From assembly GCA_000002435.2 (NCBI GenBank), contig CM018792.1: a stretch of 64,000 nt of DNA; one strand, given 5' to 3'. Within the stretch, counting starts at the first letter, position 1. The number at the start of each line of letters is the position of its first letter. Under the pieces are notes generated by a model. The model was not told the origin of the DNA and ran no database searches. It worked only from the letters and a program-made list of their open reading frames with translations. The position numbers and the translations under genes were made by a program. Shown piece by piece: positions 26,505 to 36,869 of this stretch. The stretch comes from Giardia intestinalis (lineage: Eukaryota).

Positions 26505-28067
26505 TCAGCTGGTGTCAAGAGCGTCTTCTGTGAGCTTTAATATCTTCTTTATCCTGTTCTCGAACCGGAAAAGGATCGAATCGGTAGAGTACGTCGTCAA
26601 GTTGTTTTCAAGGCAATCTAGCTGCTTGTACAGACGACTGAGTTTTTGCTTGAACGCGGGCTTATTGCCGCGAAGCTCCTGGAACTTGTCGGAGAACAGG
26701 ACTGTCATTATGTACCGTGAAAAGTCATAGAGCCATTGGAAGTTTTTGATATAGACAGCATCTTGCTTCTGCATAGCATCACCTGCCGTGCTGTGCACGT
26801 TCTCGTGTATATCTGACTGAATTTGCTGGTAGGGGAACTCCTTTCCGCTCTCCTGGCGAGAAAAGCACGACATAAGGGCCTTCTTGGAGAGGGTGTCTCC
26901 ACCCATGCCTGCTGCAGCATGCCGGGTCCTAAGAAGCTCCCTGAAGGAATTATTCTTTTTGGTGATTTCCTCGTGCGGCATTCCCTCGTTAGAAAGTTTT
27001 TTTGCAGGCCAGTTAATGCTCTTTAGTGGTAGGCTTCGCTTTAGAGGCGGCTCGGAGTACACCCCATCTAATATGCAGGTGTTAACCATTTTTTCGTAGT
27101 CTATGATGTGTGCGTTTAGCAGGTTTCCGTGCCCAATGTCCTTCATGAGAAGCATGTTGTAGGCTTGTATGGATCGAATCAGAACAAAATTGGATGCGTT
27201 GCGGTAACAGTTATGAATGTCGTCGCCTACGCCATACGATGTGTGCGGTTGGAAGAGGGCACTGTTCCCCTGGAGCTTATCGTTAGCGTCCATCACTGTC
27301 AAGAGATTCACCGTACTTCCACCGTTGGTATCATATAGTAAATCATCTATCTTGCACCTGAAGCCTTTGGAGGGCGTGTCTGCTGACTCTTCCTGAAGGT
27401 TGTGGGAACCGAACAGCGTAATGTCTCCAACAACACTTAGAAGATTGATGTGAATGTTGTTAATATCGAATAAGTTTCTGAAGCGATCGTGCTTATTGCT
27501 GAAAGAGCGCTTGATAACGTTGAGCAGGTGTGTCATGGTCTTGCTGGAGTCGTCCATAAAGCTAGTGCTGGGCATTATGGTAGTCTTACGAGTCCCTCCA
27601 GGACCAGATGTCTTGAACTCAGTGATGTAGTTACTCTTAGCGTGATCATCAAATTCAAAGATGACGTGAAGCCAGAAGTCAGACTCAAAGTTGGGACCCT
27701 CCTTAGAAACAGTATCGTACAGGGCTTTGATGTTAGGATAAAGACGGAAGATCATGTCCTTGTAAGCAGGGCTAACGACGGCCTCCAGTGGCTTGGAGTC
27801 GGCGTCTTGGTGGACCCTGCGGATGGAGAATCCATTTAGCTCCTGAAACTCCACATGCTTATGTGGAATAAAGGAAATGACCGGCTCAAGGAGTGCTGCA
27901 GTCTGGAGCTTGGGGTTGAAGCGCATGAGCTTCTCTTGCTGGCTGTAAAGATCATAAAATTCTTCATCACTTAGTATTTTATTTTGCCCGACAAGCTGGG
28001 CATAGCTATCATGCTCCTGATCGCCTATCTGAGTAAGGATCTCCTTGATCTTACTCGCCGTATCCAT
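26505..28067 (-). CDS. Hypothetical protein (520 aa)
   Basis: A long ORF with a true ATG at 28065-28067. There is a weak GS…(17)…IDDLL arrangement reminiscent of nucleotidyltransferase folds, but it is not convincing. No family is assigned. Confidence 0.55.
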   Translation of the reverse strand: MDTASKIKEILTQIGDQEHDSYAQLVGQNKILSDEEFYDLYSQQEKLMRFNPKLQTAALLEPVISFIPHKHVEFQELNGFSIRRVHQDADSKPLEAVVSPAYKDMIFRLYPNIKALYDTVSKEGPNFESDFWLHVIFEFDDHAKSNYITEFKTSGPGGTRKTTIMPSTSFMDDSSKTMTHLLNVIKRSFSNKHDRFRNLFDINNIHINLLSVVGDITLFGSHNLQEESADTPSKGFRCKIDDLLYDTNGGSTVNLLTVMDANDKLQGNSALFQPHTSYGVGDDIHNCYRNASNFVLIRSIQAYNMLLMKDIGHGNLLNAHIIDYEKMVNTCILDGVYSEPPLKRSLPLKSINWPAKKLSNEGMPHEEITKKNNSFRELLRTRHAAAGMGGDTLSKKALMSCFSRQESGKEFPYQQIQSDIHENVHSTAGDAMQKQDAVYIKNFQWLYDFSRYIMTVLFSDKFQELRGNKPAFKQKLSRLYKQLDCLENNLTTYSTDSILFRFENRIKKILKLTEDALDTS

Positions 28068-28360
28068 AAGGGCAAGAGGATTTTATTTTTAGAAATGCTA
28101 AGGAAGAGATCCACAGCTATGAGCGGATACAAAGAAGCAGACGCTTCATTGAAGGCTGGGATAAAAACAATCTTATTATAGAAATAGATGCATATATTGG
28201 CTGACTTGTGAGACAGCTTGGGCTAAGTTACCACTAGTGAATAATAATATCCATTCAAATGTACATATTCTTTGTATGACCCATTCCCTCCTTACTGTCT
28301 TCTTTGCCCTCTTGTTGTGAGGGTTGGGGCACGGAGTTGGCAGGTACAAAATTATCTCTA

Positions 28361-29254
28361 ATGAGCACCCAGCTGGAGAAGCTTGCAGACATTATTCTTT
28401 CGCTAGTAGGTCAAGCAGGGTTTACAACGGTGGATACAACTGCAGTGCACCGCCTCATCAAATTTGTGCAGGACTTTTGTCTTTCGGCACACAGACCAAT
28501 TAGGCTGAACTTCTCCGATGTAATCGATCGCTCTCTAACGGTATTTAATGAGGAAAAGGGGATCAGGAACAAGACAGTGGAAGACTTCTTTTACTCCTTC
28601 AGCGCGCTTCTCTTTAAGACGCCCCTGGGACGCCTGGCCACTACTCGTCTTTTCGAAACCCTACAGGCTCAGCAAGGGCCAGCGAAGGGCTTTGATTCCT
28701 TGGGAGGGTTTCGCATACAGGAACCCCTAGATGTTCTCCAGATAAAACTGACTCCTGACAACCCCAGTGATACCGTCCAAGCAGCCATCATACAGGACCA
28801 AAGTTCAGAGTACACCCCATGTGGCTTTCGCAATTGCAATATTCACCCCGTTTTCACATCAACCACCGAAAACTACACACTGACCCCAGAGCACAGCATT
28901 TCAAGCGATGAAAACAACGTCACCCACAGGCCTTACACTATTGAGAATCTCTCAGATAGCTCAGATAACGATGATGCCTTGCCAATGATCCAGGCGGGGC
29001 CTTTCAAAACCGATCAAAACCCTCCCTGGAATCAGCTTCCGCTGGACCTCATTGAGGAGCCAGCCATATGCTTTCTCTGCGATAGCTTAATGGCACAGTT
29101 CTCTAAAAGCGCCCCGCTTCCAACTGTCGCATCACAATTTGACAAGATTGAGCCGTTCCTTATTCCTCCACCGACGGCCTCTCACAGAGCATTCGGTGGA
29201 TATGGCCCTGCCCTTAACCAGCTCCTGGAAAGAAACTGTCAGTTGGGAACATGA
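28361..29254 (+). CDS. Hypothetical protein (~297 aa)
   Basis: The track ORF starts at a TTG at 28304. The first ATG is at 28361 (MSTQLEKLADIIL…). An AGTGAAT poly(A)-like signal follows at 29281-29287. Confidence 0.45.
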   Translation: MSTQLEKLADIILSLVGQAGFTTVDTTAVHRLIKFVQDFCLSAHRPIRLNFSDVIDRSLTVFNEEKGIRNKTVEDFFYSFSALLFKTPLGRLATTRLFETLQAQQGPAKGFDSLGGFRIQEPLDVLQIKLTPDNPSDTVQAAIIQDQSSEYTPCGFRNCNIHPVFTSTTENYTLTPEHSISSDENNVTHRPYTIENLSDSSDNDDALPMIQAGPFKTDQNPPWNQLPLDLIEEPAICFLCDSLMAQFSKSAPLPTVASQFDKIEPFLIPPPTASHRAFGGYGPALNQLLERNCQLGT

Positions 29255-29280
29255 CTGGATTGGAGCATGAACTAAATAAA

Positions 29281-29287
29281 AGTGAAT
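29281..29287 (+). terminator. Putative polyadenylation signal AGTGAAT after the 28361-29254 CDS
   Basis: Matches AGTRAAY, 27 nt after the TGA stop. Confidence 0.35.
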
Positions 29288-29301
29288 TGATGACCTTCCG
29301 G

Positions 29302-32300
29302 TCACGGCGGAGGTGTGATTGTTATTTTTGTTTGGTCTAAAGTTGCGGTCCCACCGGTCATCGCTAAATTACAGTTGTTAGTTGTAATTGTACCTCCTGG
29401 GTCTAACTTTATCTTGTCAGTGCTGGAATCTGTGACTGTGACTTGTTTGGTGAAGTTTGCTGGTACATGCACTGTTACCTTAGTTCCACTGGTGAAGTCT
29501 ATGACGTCAGCATTATTGCTTTTAACTACTGTGTTGATTGCAAAGGAAGCAGGTGTACCGGGGGGATTGCTTGTTTTGGCAGCATAAACGATGTCGAAGT
29601 CGGGATGGGCTCCCAGTGAAAGGTTTGTGCTTACTGCTACTGCAGGTGCAGCCAGGCTCGTGGATATGACCGCTGTATCTATCGTTGCTGTCTTTACATT
29701 GCTAATAGTCCCCGTCACTGCTTGCCCAGCAGTTGCCACCGTGAGAAATGTAACAGAGGGTGCTCCAGCTGGACAAAGGTTGATGCTCTTTGTTATGCAC
29801 AGTTCATCTATTGAATTGGAGGCAACTTGTGTGGTAACTTTGTTCGTTTTGACCTCTGCTTCTGTAATAGTAGTTGTATCCCCTGTGCCCGTTTTAGTTA
29901 ATTGCAAAGTATTATCTGTAAAGGTGTATGTTCCTGGAGAACCTGATTGTGCAGCTTTGAATACTACGTTCCCTGAATTTGTGACATCTATAGTTTTAGA
30001 CAAGGCAATATTACCACTTATAGTTACGCCCGTGTCAGTCACCGATAGGACCTCAGCATTTGCTCCATCCTGATAGGCTAACTTCTTTTTAGTGATTACT
30101 CCATCTGTTCCAACGACTAAGTTGTAAGGTCCATTTGGTGCTGTACCAACTGCACTAAGTTGCGTCTGCACTACTTGTGTACCGATCGTCGCAGTATCAG
30201 CGGTAATGCTCGTAGCTTTCAATGCTCCCGTGGTCAAGGTAGTCGTGGTGAGGTCGTTCAGTCCAGTTATGCTTGGGATGGTGGCAGACCCTGTAACGTC
30301 CAATTTTCCAGATACGGATAGATCGGTAAAGGTGGCGCTGGTCGCCGTGAGCTTCCCGTTTATTATCAAGTCCTGGAACGTTGCTTGGACATTGGTCATC
30401 TGCATGTCTAGGTCTGCGGTCTTGAGGTAATTGAATTGTCCGTTGCAACTGTATGTCGTCGGGGTCAAACACGCGGCTGGAGGAGCAGTCACAAAAATGC
30501 TTGAGAGGCTCTCGACGTTGAGCATGCCCCATAACCTAGACTCCATGGTAACGGAGCTCAGATAGGCATCCTTTAATAGCTCTCCTTTACGAGGATAAAA
30601 GGATGGATATCTTGTAGCACGCTCATATACAGATTTAAGCTCTGCGTAGCCATCTAATGTATCGAGGAGAGTGTCTGTTACTGGGCACGACACAATCTTG
30701 GTGGCTTGGCAGTGATTTTGAATATCAACTAGAAGACGCTTGTACTCTTCCAACGATAGATGCGTCCACTCGTTTCCGTCTAGATGGCTGCGATTCTGTG
30801 TTCCTGAGACAATCCTGCGCACCTCTGCTGTGAAATTGTCTGGTGCCAAACCCTGGAGAGTCTTCACACGGAACGTAGTGGTGACGGCAGATGGACCCAG
30901 TACTGACAAGTTGCTAACAACAAGATTTTTCACAGTTAGGGTGCTGCCGATTTGTGCGTACAAACAGATGACTAATATAAAGGTTATCAATAGCAAGATG
31001 GCCATAATTACAATGACAGTCCAAAGAAGCAGATGCCGCCCACAACACGTATCGTCGTCCACGCAGCTGCAGCACTCCTCTGCCTCACTTTGCAAGTGCT
31101 TACAGTATCCAGATGCACAGCCACCACCACAATCGCAGCCAGAGCACGGACAGCAATAGCACTGTCTATCATGTGTCAGAGGTACGTTCTTTAGAGCTTC
31201 AGAGTGCTCTAGAGTATACATGGGAGCAGGTGTGTTCGGTTTGAGGGGCTCTGTATCGGAGTACACTGTCTGCTGTGCAACAGATACAGGGGGGTTGATA
31301 GGGGAGACATGCTCTTGACGAGGTGCAGCAGAAGGAATTGCCAGCTGCTTGCGGAGCTCTGGGGCAAATGTCTTTGTATCCATGTAAAAGATGATCCGGC
31401 AGGGACCAATTCGTTGGCGAAGCTGGTTACCAGGGACGCCTTCTCTGTATGCAGCAACCTTCTTAGTCTTCAGAAATGTTAGTTCTGATACCTTATCACG
31501 TGCTTCGGCGCGCAGCGTGCTTCCCATGAAAGAGTACAGCACATAATCATCATTAGGCCCCCGTTTGTCTTGGGTGTTAATAAACACCGTGTAGCTCTCC
31601 ATGCGCCTTTCTGCATCTTCCATAGAATCGTCCGTGACCTTACTACTCATGAATGCCGTGTTATAGACACGATAATCTGGAGCTAACTGCTGATGCTGAT
31701 TGATAGGAAAGGATGAGTAGGACAGGGTAGTACTTACTGATAAAAGAGGGCGCTGGACGACTGTCAAAAGACCTGTAGCCGCGCACACTGGGCATGGGAT
31801 GGATTGGATGTTGAAATTGAGTACTGCAGTCCCGCTAGTGTCGAATTGGAGGAAGTTGAGCAAAGTATGATGAGATAGCTTCCCACAACCACCACAGCGG
31901 AAGCTATGGTCAAACATATTTGTCCTGAGGGTTTCTGGGAGTGAATGCACTAACTTGGAGATGACTCGTTCGTGTTGTTCAGCAGATTCTATCGGAGAAA
32001 GATCTAAATGTGAAACTAGGGGAGCCAGAGACAGAAGAACGTCATCTGCAGAAGCGTTATCACACACAGACTGCAGCAGGCTATACCAAATTCTAGCAGC
32101 TGGGGTATGATCCCCGGCAACATCTGTCTGAACGAGAAGATGATCGCCGCCGTGAATCTCAATTGTGTTGACGAGAACCCGAAAGAACCCACCCAAAATG
32201 CCCTGTTCATCCCCTGTAAGTGTGAATGTGCGTAGGATTCGGGTATTCGCCGCAGTACTTGCTCTGGAATGACTGAACATGACTAAATAAAACGCAAATT

Positions 32301-35300
32301 CACTAGTTCTACTCTTGACTACCTCTGAAAAGGCCCCTTCAAGTGTGTTTTCGTTACTAGACTCCTCTTCATTGAAGAGGCTTTGGTCGTATTCAACATT
32401 CTTAAGAGACAGCCCCATGAAAGATGTTATCCGTGTAAAGGTTGTGAAGCTGTGCAGAATATTAAAGTGAGAGATACCGTACTCCACAATCCTGTCATCA
32501 ACGTACTGATCTGGAACGCCGTCATTGAGCATACTACTGAGGATGACAGTCCCGTCGCCCTGGCCCGTCACAAATGTTGGAATCTGGTCTAGAAGTTCAG
32601 AGTACTCCTGTATTGGTTTGGGGTACACAACGTGTATAGGAGTTTGTCGCCCGTAGGTTAATAAACTGATGTACCGAAAATCCTTTGGATTGGCTGGATA
32701 GACAATAGGCTTGACTTGCCGCTGAGCAGAGAAGCTCCAGCACTTATCAAATTTAGGAAATATCAGGGCGTCTAGGGACCCCTTCACCGAAACCTTATCT
32801 ATTAGCTCTGCTATGGGGCGCTCTGAAACAGATTTGCGAAGGGTCAGATCAGACCACGGATTTGCATAGGGGATTAGGATGATACGGTCTTTTTCTTTGT
32901 CCTTTTTCCCTGGTGTGCCGGTCAGATCCAGGTTAGAGATTTCTTCTGTGCTGGGAGCATACTCCATGATTTCCGAGGCTCTATCAGACAAGGACAGGGA
33001 AGTACGTCTGCTCGTACGTTTGGAGTTTCCCCGAGACTCCTTGTCTGGTCTCGGCTTGGCAGCAGCTTTTCCGTGAGTATCAGAAGTCGAGTCGGCACTT
33101 TTCACTCGCTTTTTATGATTAGCTCTACAATGCTTAGAGTCACTATATGCACTCCCCGTGCTCGACACTATATTGTCAGTTTCCTCTGTAAAGCTGTTCG
33201 AGCCGAGCTCTGCACAACTATCAACGTCCATGCTATCTTCTTCCCCAGTAATATGGGTAAAGGAATGGTCTTGCGAGCCCTGATTGTCTGTGTAGCCATC
33301 AGTGTTAGGCGATGAACTTGAGGAGTTATAGTTGATAAACTTCTCTACTACAGATGTCCTTGCATCTGTTGATGCACGCCTGGCCTTAACATAGGCCGAG
33401 GAGACGCGCTCCTTCACGTAGATGGACGACGGATCCATCTTCTTTACAATCGATGCTATGCTGTCTGGGGTGTCGTTGAGGAGCACACCCTTTGACAGAT
33501 GTTTCGGTTCGCCTGTCTCTACCTTCTTTATCTTTTTCTCCCGTCGTAGCTTCGGAAGATCTGGGTAGTTCAATATGCACTTTTTTGACTTGACTATTCG
33601 TCCGTTGTAGTTGATGTGATGCGGTATATTTTCATACTCTGCTGCTAGCTCATCCATCAACATGGTTATCTCGCTATACCGTCGCAGGTGAGGATACTCA
33701 GACCAACGTATAACGCGCCCGCTGGTACCGTGGAATCCACCAGAGGTCTCTTTGTAGAAGGTCAAGAAGTCACTATCTTCTTTTATAGTAACAGTGTTCC
33801 CTTTGAAAATAAAATCAGGGTGAGAAAATATGTTCGCTAGCTTTCTGGTCTCATACGATCGAGGAATCACGGATCCATGTTCGTTAGAGTAGGTAACCCA
33901 TGGAGAGTAGCATTCCCATGAAAAGATTGGGTTTCCTGTGTGCTGATTTTGAACAACGCTGAGCTCATGATCGTTAACCAATTGGAAGGATGAACTGGTA
34001 ATGGATAGCGAATTCTGTTGGAGTGGACGTACTTTAATTGGCGAAAGCTCTGGCTCTGTCGTATTAGTCCTAGGGTCTGTCTCTTCACTACCGTTTGTCA
34101 CGTGTGTGTCCAGTACGTCAGTAAAATCATCTGTTTGCCCTGGTAGCCTTTGTAAAGTATTCTCTTCCTTTGGCTGAAGAGAACCCGGCATTGTCAGTGA
34201 AGTGTTGTCATAGTGGATCATTATGGAATCAAGCAGTGACCCACAGTTAATATCTAGTTGATAGATGGTAGCATCTTGTTGCAAAGGACAATTTTTATAC
34301 TGATGCTCTGAACTTACGGCGAGAATGGTAGCTGTTGCGCCCTGTGGCAATGAGGTTGTAGGGACCTCTACAATTGTGGTACGTGGACTCTCCTCCGCTG
34401 GCACAACGTCCTCGATTATCTTGGTCAGAGCAGAGGCATACTTGAAGTCATAAAGAGAACTAACAACACCTATTTCCTCTGGCGTTGCGAGTGCTTCCAG
34501 CTTCTTGAAAGCACGATTGAACGCATACTCTGGGAACAGGGTTCCACGACGACGCTTTTTTAAATGCAGAACCCCGTTGATTTCTATTTGCACGGCCTTT
34601 CTATGACAGCAATTTTGAAGAAGCGTTAGCGACCTCTCCACATCTTTTGTCAAAAGAGACGGGTCCTGCTGAATTTTCTCCAGAATACAGTATGCAAGAT
34701 TGGGCATTTTCTTCCTGTATGGAGTAAGATTCAAATGTATCTTAAATAGAGGTTGCTTTTCATTGTGCTGTGAGTCTGCAGAGTCCTTCATAAGAGTGGC
34801 TAGCTCTGTGCAAGTATCACTAGTAGCGTCGATATTGCTAGTAACGTCACTGCCTGGATCATAATTATTGCTGTCGTTATCACCGCCACTACTAGTACGC
34901 GGACAGAGCAGGCGCTTGACGTATATGTTAGTGCTGATGAACTTACTGCTGCAGGGGCTGCCCCCCGGACGTCCTGCCATAGAGATGATGGAGCCCGACG
35001 CGCCTTGTATCCCTCGCCCACAAGACATAGGTATAGGAAGCCGGAGACAATAGCCTGTTAGAAATCCTGCCATAGAATAACCACCCACTCCGTCAAATGG
35101 GACACTGATTGCTGCAAACCGTGAAATATCGTCATTCCAGTCGGGGTACGTCTGCATGTATGCCTGAACTACCAACCCTCCGAGTGAATGCGCAATTACC
35201 GTCAATCTCTGGCCACCGTTGCGACACCGCATGGCCTTGATACATTTTCGTAGATCCTCCTGAAGTTTGGGGTGTCCGATCTCCTGTCGCCAGTCATAGG

Positions 35301-35679
35301 AAAATGCGTCTATAGTGACGCCCTCCTCATAACCGCAATACTTCTTGAACCATTGCAGTAATGTTTCATAATAGTACCCTATTCGCCGCTTACGCAGCAT
35401 GCGCTCGAACCCTTTGAGTGTGAGTAAACGACGGGCCCCCTCGAGCCCCGGGTAAGGCGTAACATCGACATACTTCGCAACATGTGATTCTACCCACAAA
35501 GTTTCTAAATCTGGGGCACACCACAAGTCGTTGGCCACCTTCGTGGCTATCATCATCCGCGGAATAATCTGAGAATTAACCCATGCATCTTCTGCGTGAG
35601 CTGATATGCGTGATTTGGCACGCATTTTACTTCCGACTGTTCCATGAATGAGTAATACCGGCGGCGGCTTTGTTACCAT
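29302..35679 (-). CDS. Giant membrane protein (2125 aa): N-terminal alpha/beta-hydrolase lipase-like domain, a long Ser-rich middle, a Cys-cluster plus TM segment, and a C-terminal Thr-rich beta-repeat region
   Basis: True ATG at 35677-35679 with an AT-rich upstream region. The N-terminus has PVLLIHG plus a nucleophile-elbow AHSLGG (GxSxG), as in LCAT/PGAP1/DUF676-type lipases. The segment CYCCPCSGCDCGGGCASGYCKHL…CCSCVDDDTCCGRH is followed by a TM helix LLLWTVIVIMAILLLITFILVICLY (about 30960-31040). The last roughly 380 aa are Thr/Ser/Val/Asn/Gly-rich with alternating T-x-T patterns and end in ITITPPP. Confidence 0.6.
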   Translation of the reverse strand: MVTKPPPVLLIHGTVGSKMRAKSRISAHAEDAWVNSQIIPRMMIATKVANDLWCAPDLETLWVESHVAKYVDVTPYPGLEGARRLLTLKGFERMLRKRRIGYYYETLLQWFKKYCGYEEGVTIDAFSYDWRQEIGHPKLQEDLRKCIKAMRCRNGGQRLTVIAHSLGGLVVQAYMQTYPDWNDDISRFAAISVPFDGVGGYSMAGFLTGYCLRLPIPMSCGRGIQGASGSIISMAGRPGGSPCSSKFISTNIYVKRLLCPRTSSGGDNDSNNYDPGSDVTSNIDATSDTCTELATLMKDSADSQHNEKQPLFKIHLNLTPYRKKMPNLAYCILEKIQQDPSLLTKDVERSLTLLQNCCHRKAVQIEINGVLHLKKRRRGTLFPEYAFNRAFKKLEALATPEEIGVVSSLYDFKYASALTKIIEDVVPAEESPRTTIVEVPTTSLPQGATATILAVSSEHQYKNCPLQQDATIYQLDINCGSLLDSIMIHYDNTSLTMPGSLQPKEENTLQRLPGQTDDFTDVLDTHVTNGSEETDPRTNTTEPELSPIKVRPLQQNSLSITSSSFQLVNDHELSVVQNQHTGNPIFSWECYSPWVTYSNEHGSVIPRSYETRKLANIFSHPDFIFKGNTVTIKEDSDFLTFYKETSGGFHGTSGRVIRWSEYPHLRRYSEITMLMDELAAEYENIPHHINYNGRIVKSKKCILNYPDLPKLRREKKIKKVETGEPKHLSKGVLLNDTPDSIASIVKKMDPSSIYVKERVSSAYVKARRASTDARTSVVEKFINYNSSSSSPNTDGYTDNQGSQDHSFTHITGEEDSMDVDSCAELGSNSFTEETDNIVSSTGSAYSDSKHCRANHKKRVKSADSTSDTHGKAAAKPRPDKESRGNSKRTSRRTSLSLSDRASEIMEYAPSTEEISNLDLTGTPGKKDKEKDRIILIPYANPWSDLTLRKSVSERPIAELIDKVSVKGSLDALIFPKFDKCWSFSAQRQVKPIVYPANPKDFRYISLLTYGRQTPIHVVYPKPIQEYSELLDQIPTFVTGQGDGTVILSSMLNDGVPDQYVDDRIVEYGISHFNILHSFTTFTRITSFMGLSLKNVEYDQSLFNEEESSNENTLEGAFSEVVKSRTSEFAFYLVMFSHSRASTAANTRILRTFTLTGDEQGILGGFFRVLVNTIEIHGGDHLLVQTDVAGDHTPAARIWYSLLQSVCDNASADDVLLSLAPLVSHLDLSPIESAEQHERVISKLVHSLPETLRTNMFDHSFRCGGCGKLSHHTLLNFLQFDTSGTAVLNFNIQSIPCPVCAATGLLTVVQRPLLSVSTTLSYSSFPINQHQQLAPDYRVYNTAFMSSKVTDDSMEDAERRMESYTVFINTQDKRGPNDDYVLYSFMGSTLRAEARDKVSELTFLKTKKVAAYREGVPGNQLRQRIGPCRIIFYMDTKTFAPELRKQLAIPSAAPRQEHVSPINPPVSVAQQTVYSDTEPLKPNTPAPMYTLEHSEALKNVPLTHDRQCYCCPCSGCDCGGGCASGYCKHLQSEAEECCSCVDDDTCCGRHLLLWTVIVIMAILLLITFILVICLYAQIGSTLTVKNLVVSNLSVLGPSAVTTTFRVKTLQGLAPDNFTAEVRRIVSGTQNRSHLDGNEWTHLSLEEYKRLLVDIQNHCQATKIVSCPVTDTLLDTLDGYAELKSVYERATRYPSFYPRKGELLKDAYLSSVTMESRLWGMLNVESLSSIFVTAPPAACLTPTTYSCNGQFNYLKTADLDMQMTNVQATFQDLIINGKLTATSATFTDLSVSGKLDVTGSATIPSITGLNDLTTTTLTTGALKATSITADTATIGTQVVQTQLSAVGTAPNGPYNLVVGTDGVITKKKLAYQDGANAEVLSVTDTGVTISGNIALSKTIDVTNSGNVVFKAAQSGSPGTYTFTDNTLQLTKTGTGDTTTITEAEVKTNKVTTQVASNSIDELCITKSINLCPAGAPSVTFLTVATAGQAVTGTISNVKTATIDTAVISTSLAAPAVAVSTNLSLGAHPDFDIVYAAKTSNPPGTPASFAINTVVKSNNADVIDFTSGTKVTVHVPANFTKQVTVTDSSTDKIKLDPGGTITTNNCNLAMTGGTATLDQTKITITPPP

Positions 35680-35993
35680 GTATTAAACTTTTTATCAACG
35701 ATATCCATGTACTACATTTTCAACTTCATATGAAATCCAAAGATAGATATAAGCAAACTAGTAGGTAGCATACCTCATTCTTAAGGCAGTGTTCATAACA
35801 TCATATAAAGACAGGACACTACGCTAGACATTAATCTATGGGATTATTGCTTAGTTCATCGCGAAAATGAACATAATCTAGGCATCAATTCCTCTTGTGG
35901 CCAGCTCAATCTTGCATATATTTAAGCAGGAAGCATGATTTGAGGGCTGATTTGCTTTTCAGTTAAGTCTCTTTGATTTTCGGAGCTAGTGAA

Positions 35994-36728
35994 ATGCTCT
36001 ACCTTCTGCTTTTGCTCCCTTCTAGCTTTCTACTAAACACTTTCCCAAACACCCCGTGCCTCAGCAGTGTCCGTATAGTGGTTCGTGAAGAGGATCTGTG
36101 TTTTGAGGTCTCCCATGCATCTTCCCCAGAATGCCCTCTCAATGGACTGGACACTGCCACCGCTAAGCTTCGAGTGATGCCATACAATGAATCCAAGAGT
36201 GCATATGTAATAAATCTCGGAACTGTCCCCATGAGCGTCAGCAAGTTCTGTCACCCGGGGCGGCACTACGATGTCCTCGAATCGAAGCTTCTGTTTTCTT
36301 TAGACAATGAAGAATGGCTTGTGTGCAAGAAAAAATCCCTCAAGATCCTCAAGACCATCTTCAGGGAGGGAACCGGCCAACAAGTCGATGAAACCATGTC
36401 AGGTAAAGTCCGTCGAAGCATATGGTACGAGCCTATCGATGGCTCAGCTCCCCAGGCAGTACTGATGCAGATGGAAGATGATGATTGGAGCTACTACGAC
36501 TTCAAATTCAGTCCGGTACCTGGCATTCATGACGCTATCCTGACGATGCGAGTGGGTGAAGGGGCAGTATTCTACATTCCGTACCAAGAGGCGTTCGGGG
36601 AGCATGGCTCAGACACAATACCCCCTAGAGCCCAGGTGATCATGCGATTCGAGATCTTCGAGGCATTTCCCAGCACAGAGGAGGAGATCATATATGAACA
36701 GCCCCGTAATGACGAGGATGACGATTAG
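35994..36728 (+). CDS. FKBP-type peptidyl-prolyl cis-trans isomerase-like protein with an N-terminal signal peptide and an acidic C-terminus (~244 aa)
   Basis: The track ORF starts at a TTG at 35973. The ATG at 35994 gives MLYLLLLLPSSFLLNTFP, which is signal-peptide-like. The C-terminal GIHDAILTMRVGEGAVFYIPYQEAFGEHG…IPPRAQVIMRFEIFE matches the FKBP motif pattern (GWEEGV.xMxVGE…IPP.A.LvF.vEL). It ends in acidic NDEDDD. An AGTAAAT signal overlaps the stop at 36727-36733. Confidence 0.5.
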   Translation: MLYLLLLLPSSFLLNTFPNTPCLSSVRIVVREEDLCFEVSHASSPECPLNGLDTATAKLRVMPYNESKSAYVINLGTVPMSVSKFCHPGRHYDVLESKLLFSLDNEEWLVCKKKSLKILKTIFREGTGQQVDETMSGKVRRSIWYEPIDGSAPQAVLMQMEDDDWSYYDFKFSPVPGIHDAILTMRVGEGAVFYIPYQEAFGEHGSDTIPPRAQVIMRFEIFEAFPSTEEEIIYEQPRNDEDDD

Positions 36729-36733
36729 TAAAT
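36727..36733 (+). terminator. Putative polyadenylation signal AGTAAAT overlapping the TAG stop of the FKBP-like gene
   Basis: The sequence reads gatTAGTAAATtt. Confidence 0.4.
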
Positions 36734-36869
36734 TTACATTAGCGGAATAGCTGTGAAAGGTGCTCATGCAGTGTACCGAGAGATGCTGAACAAGGCTAGG
36801 ACAGGGGGCTGATATAATTATTTAAATCATAATATAGCAATCTTCGCAGATTGACAATTGGATTCAATT

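Noticed and set aside
26560-26590. tRNA-like T-arm string (ggatcgaatcgg) and other GTTCGA-like matches
   Set aside because: They lie inside well-supported coding ORFs with no flanking acceptor or anticodon arm structure. No convincing tRNA or rRNA was seen in the window.
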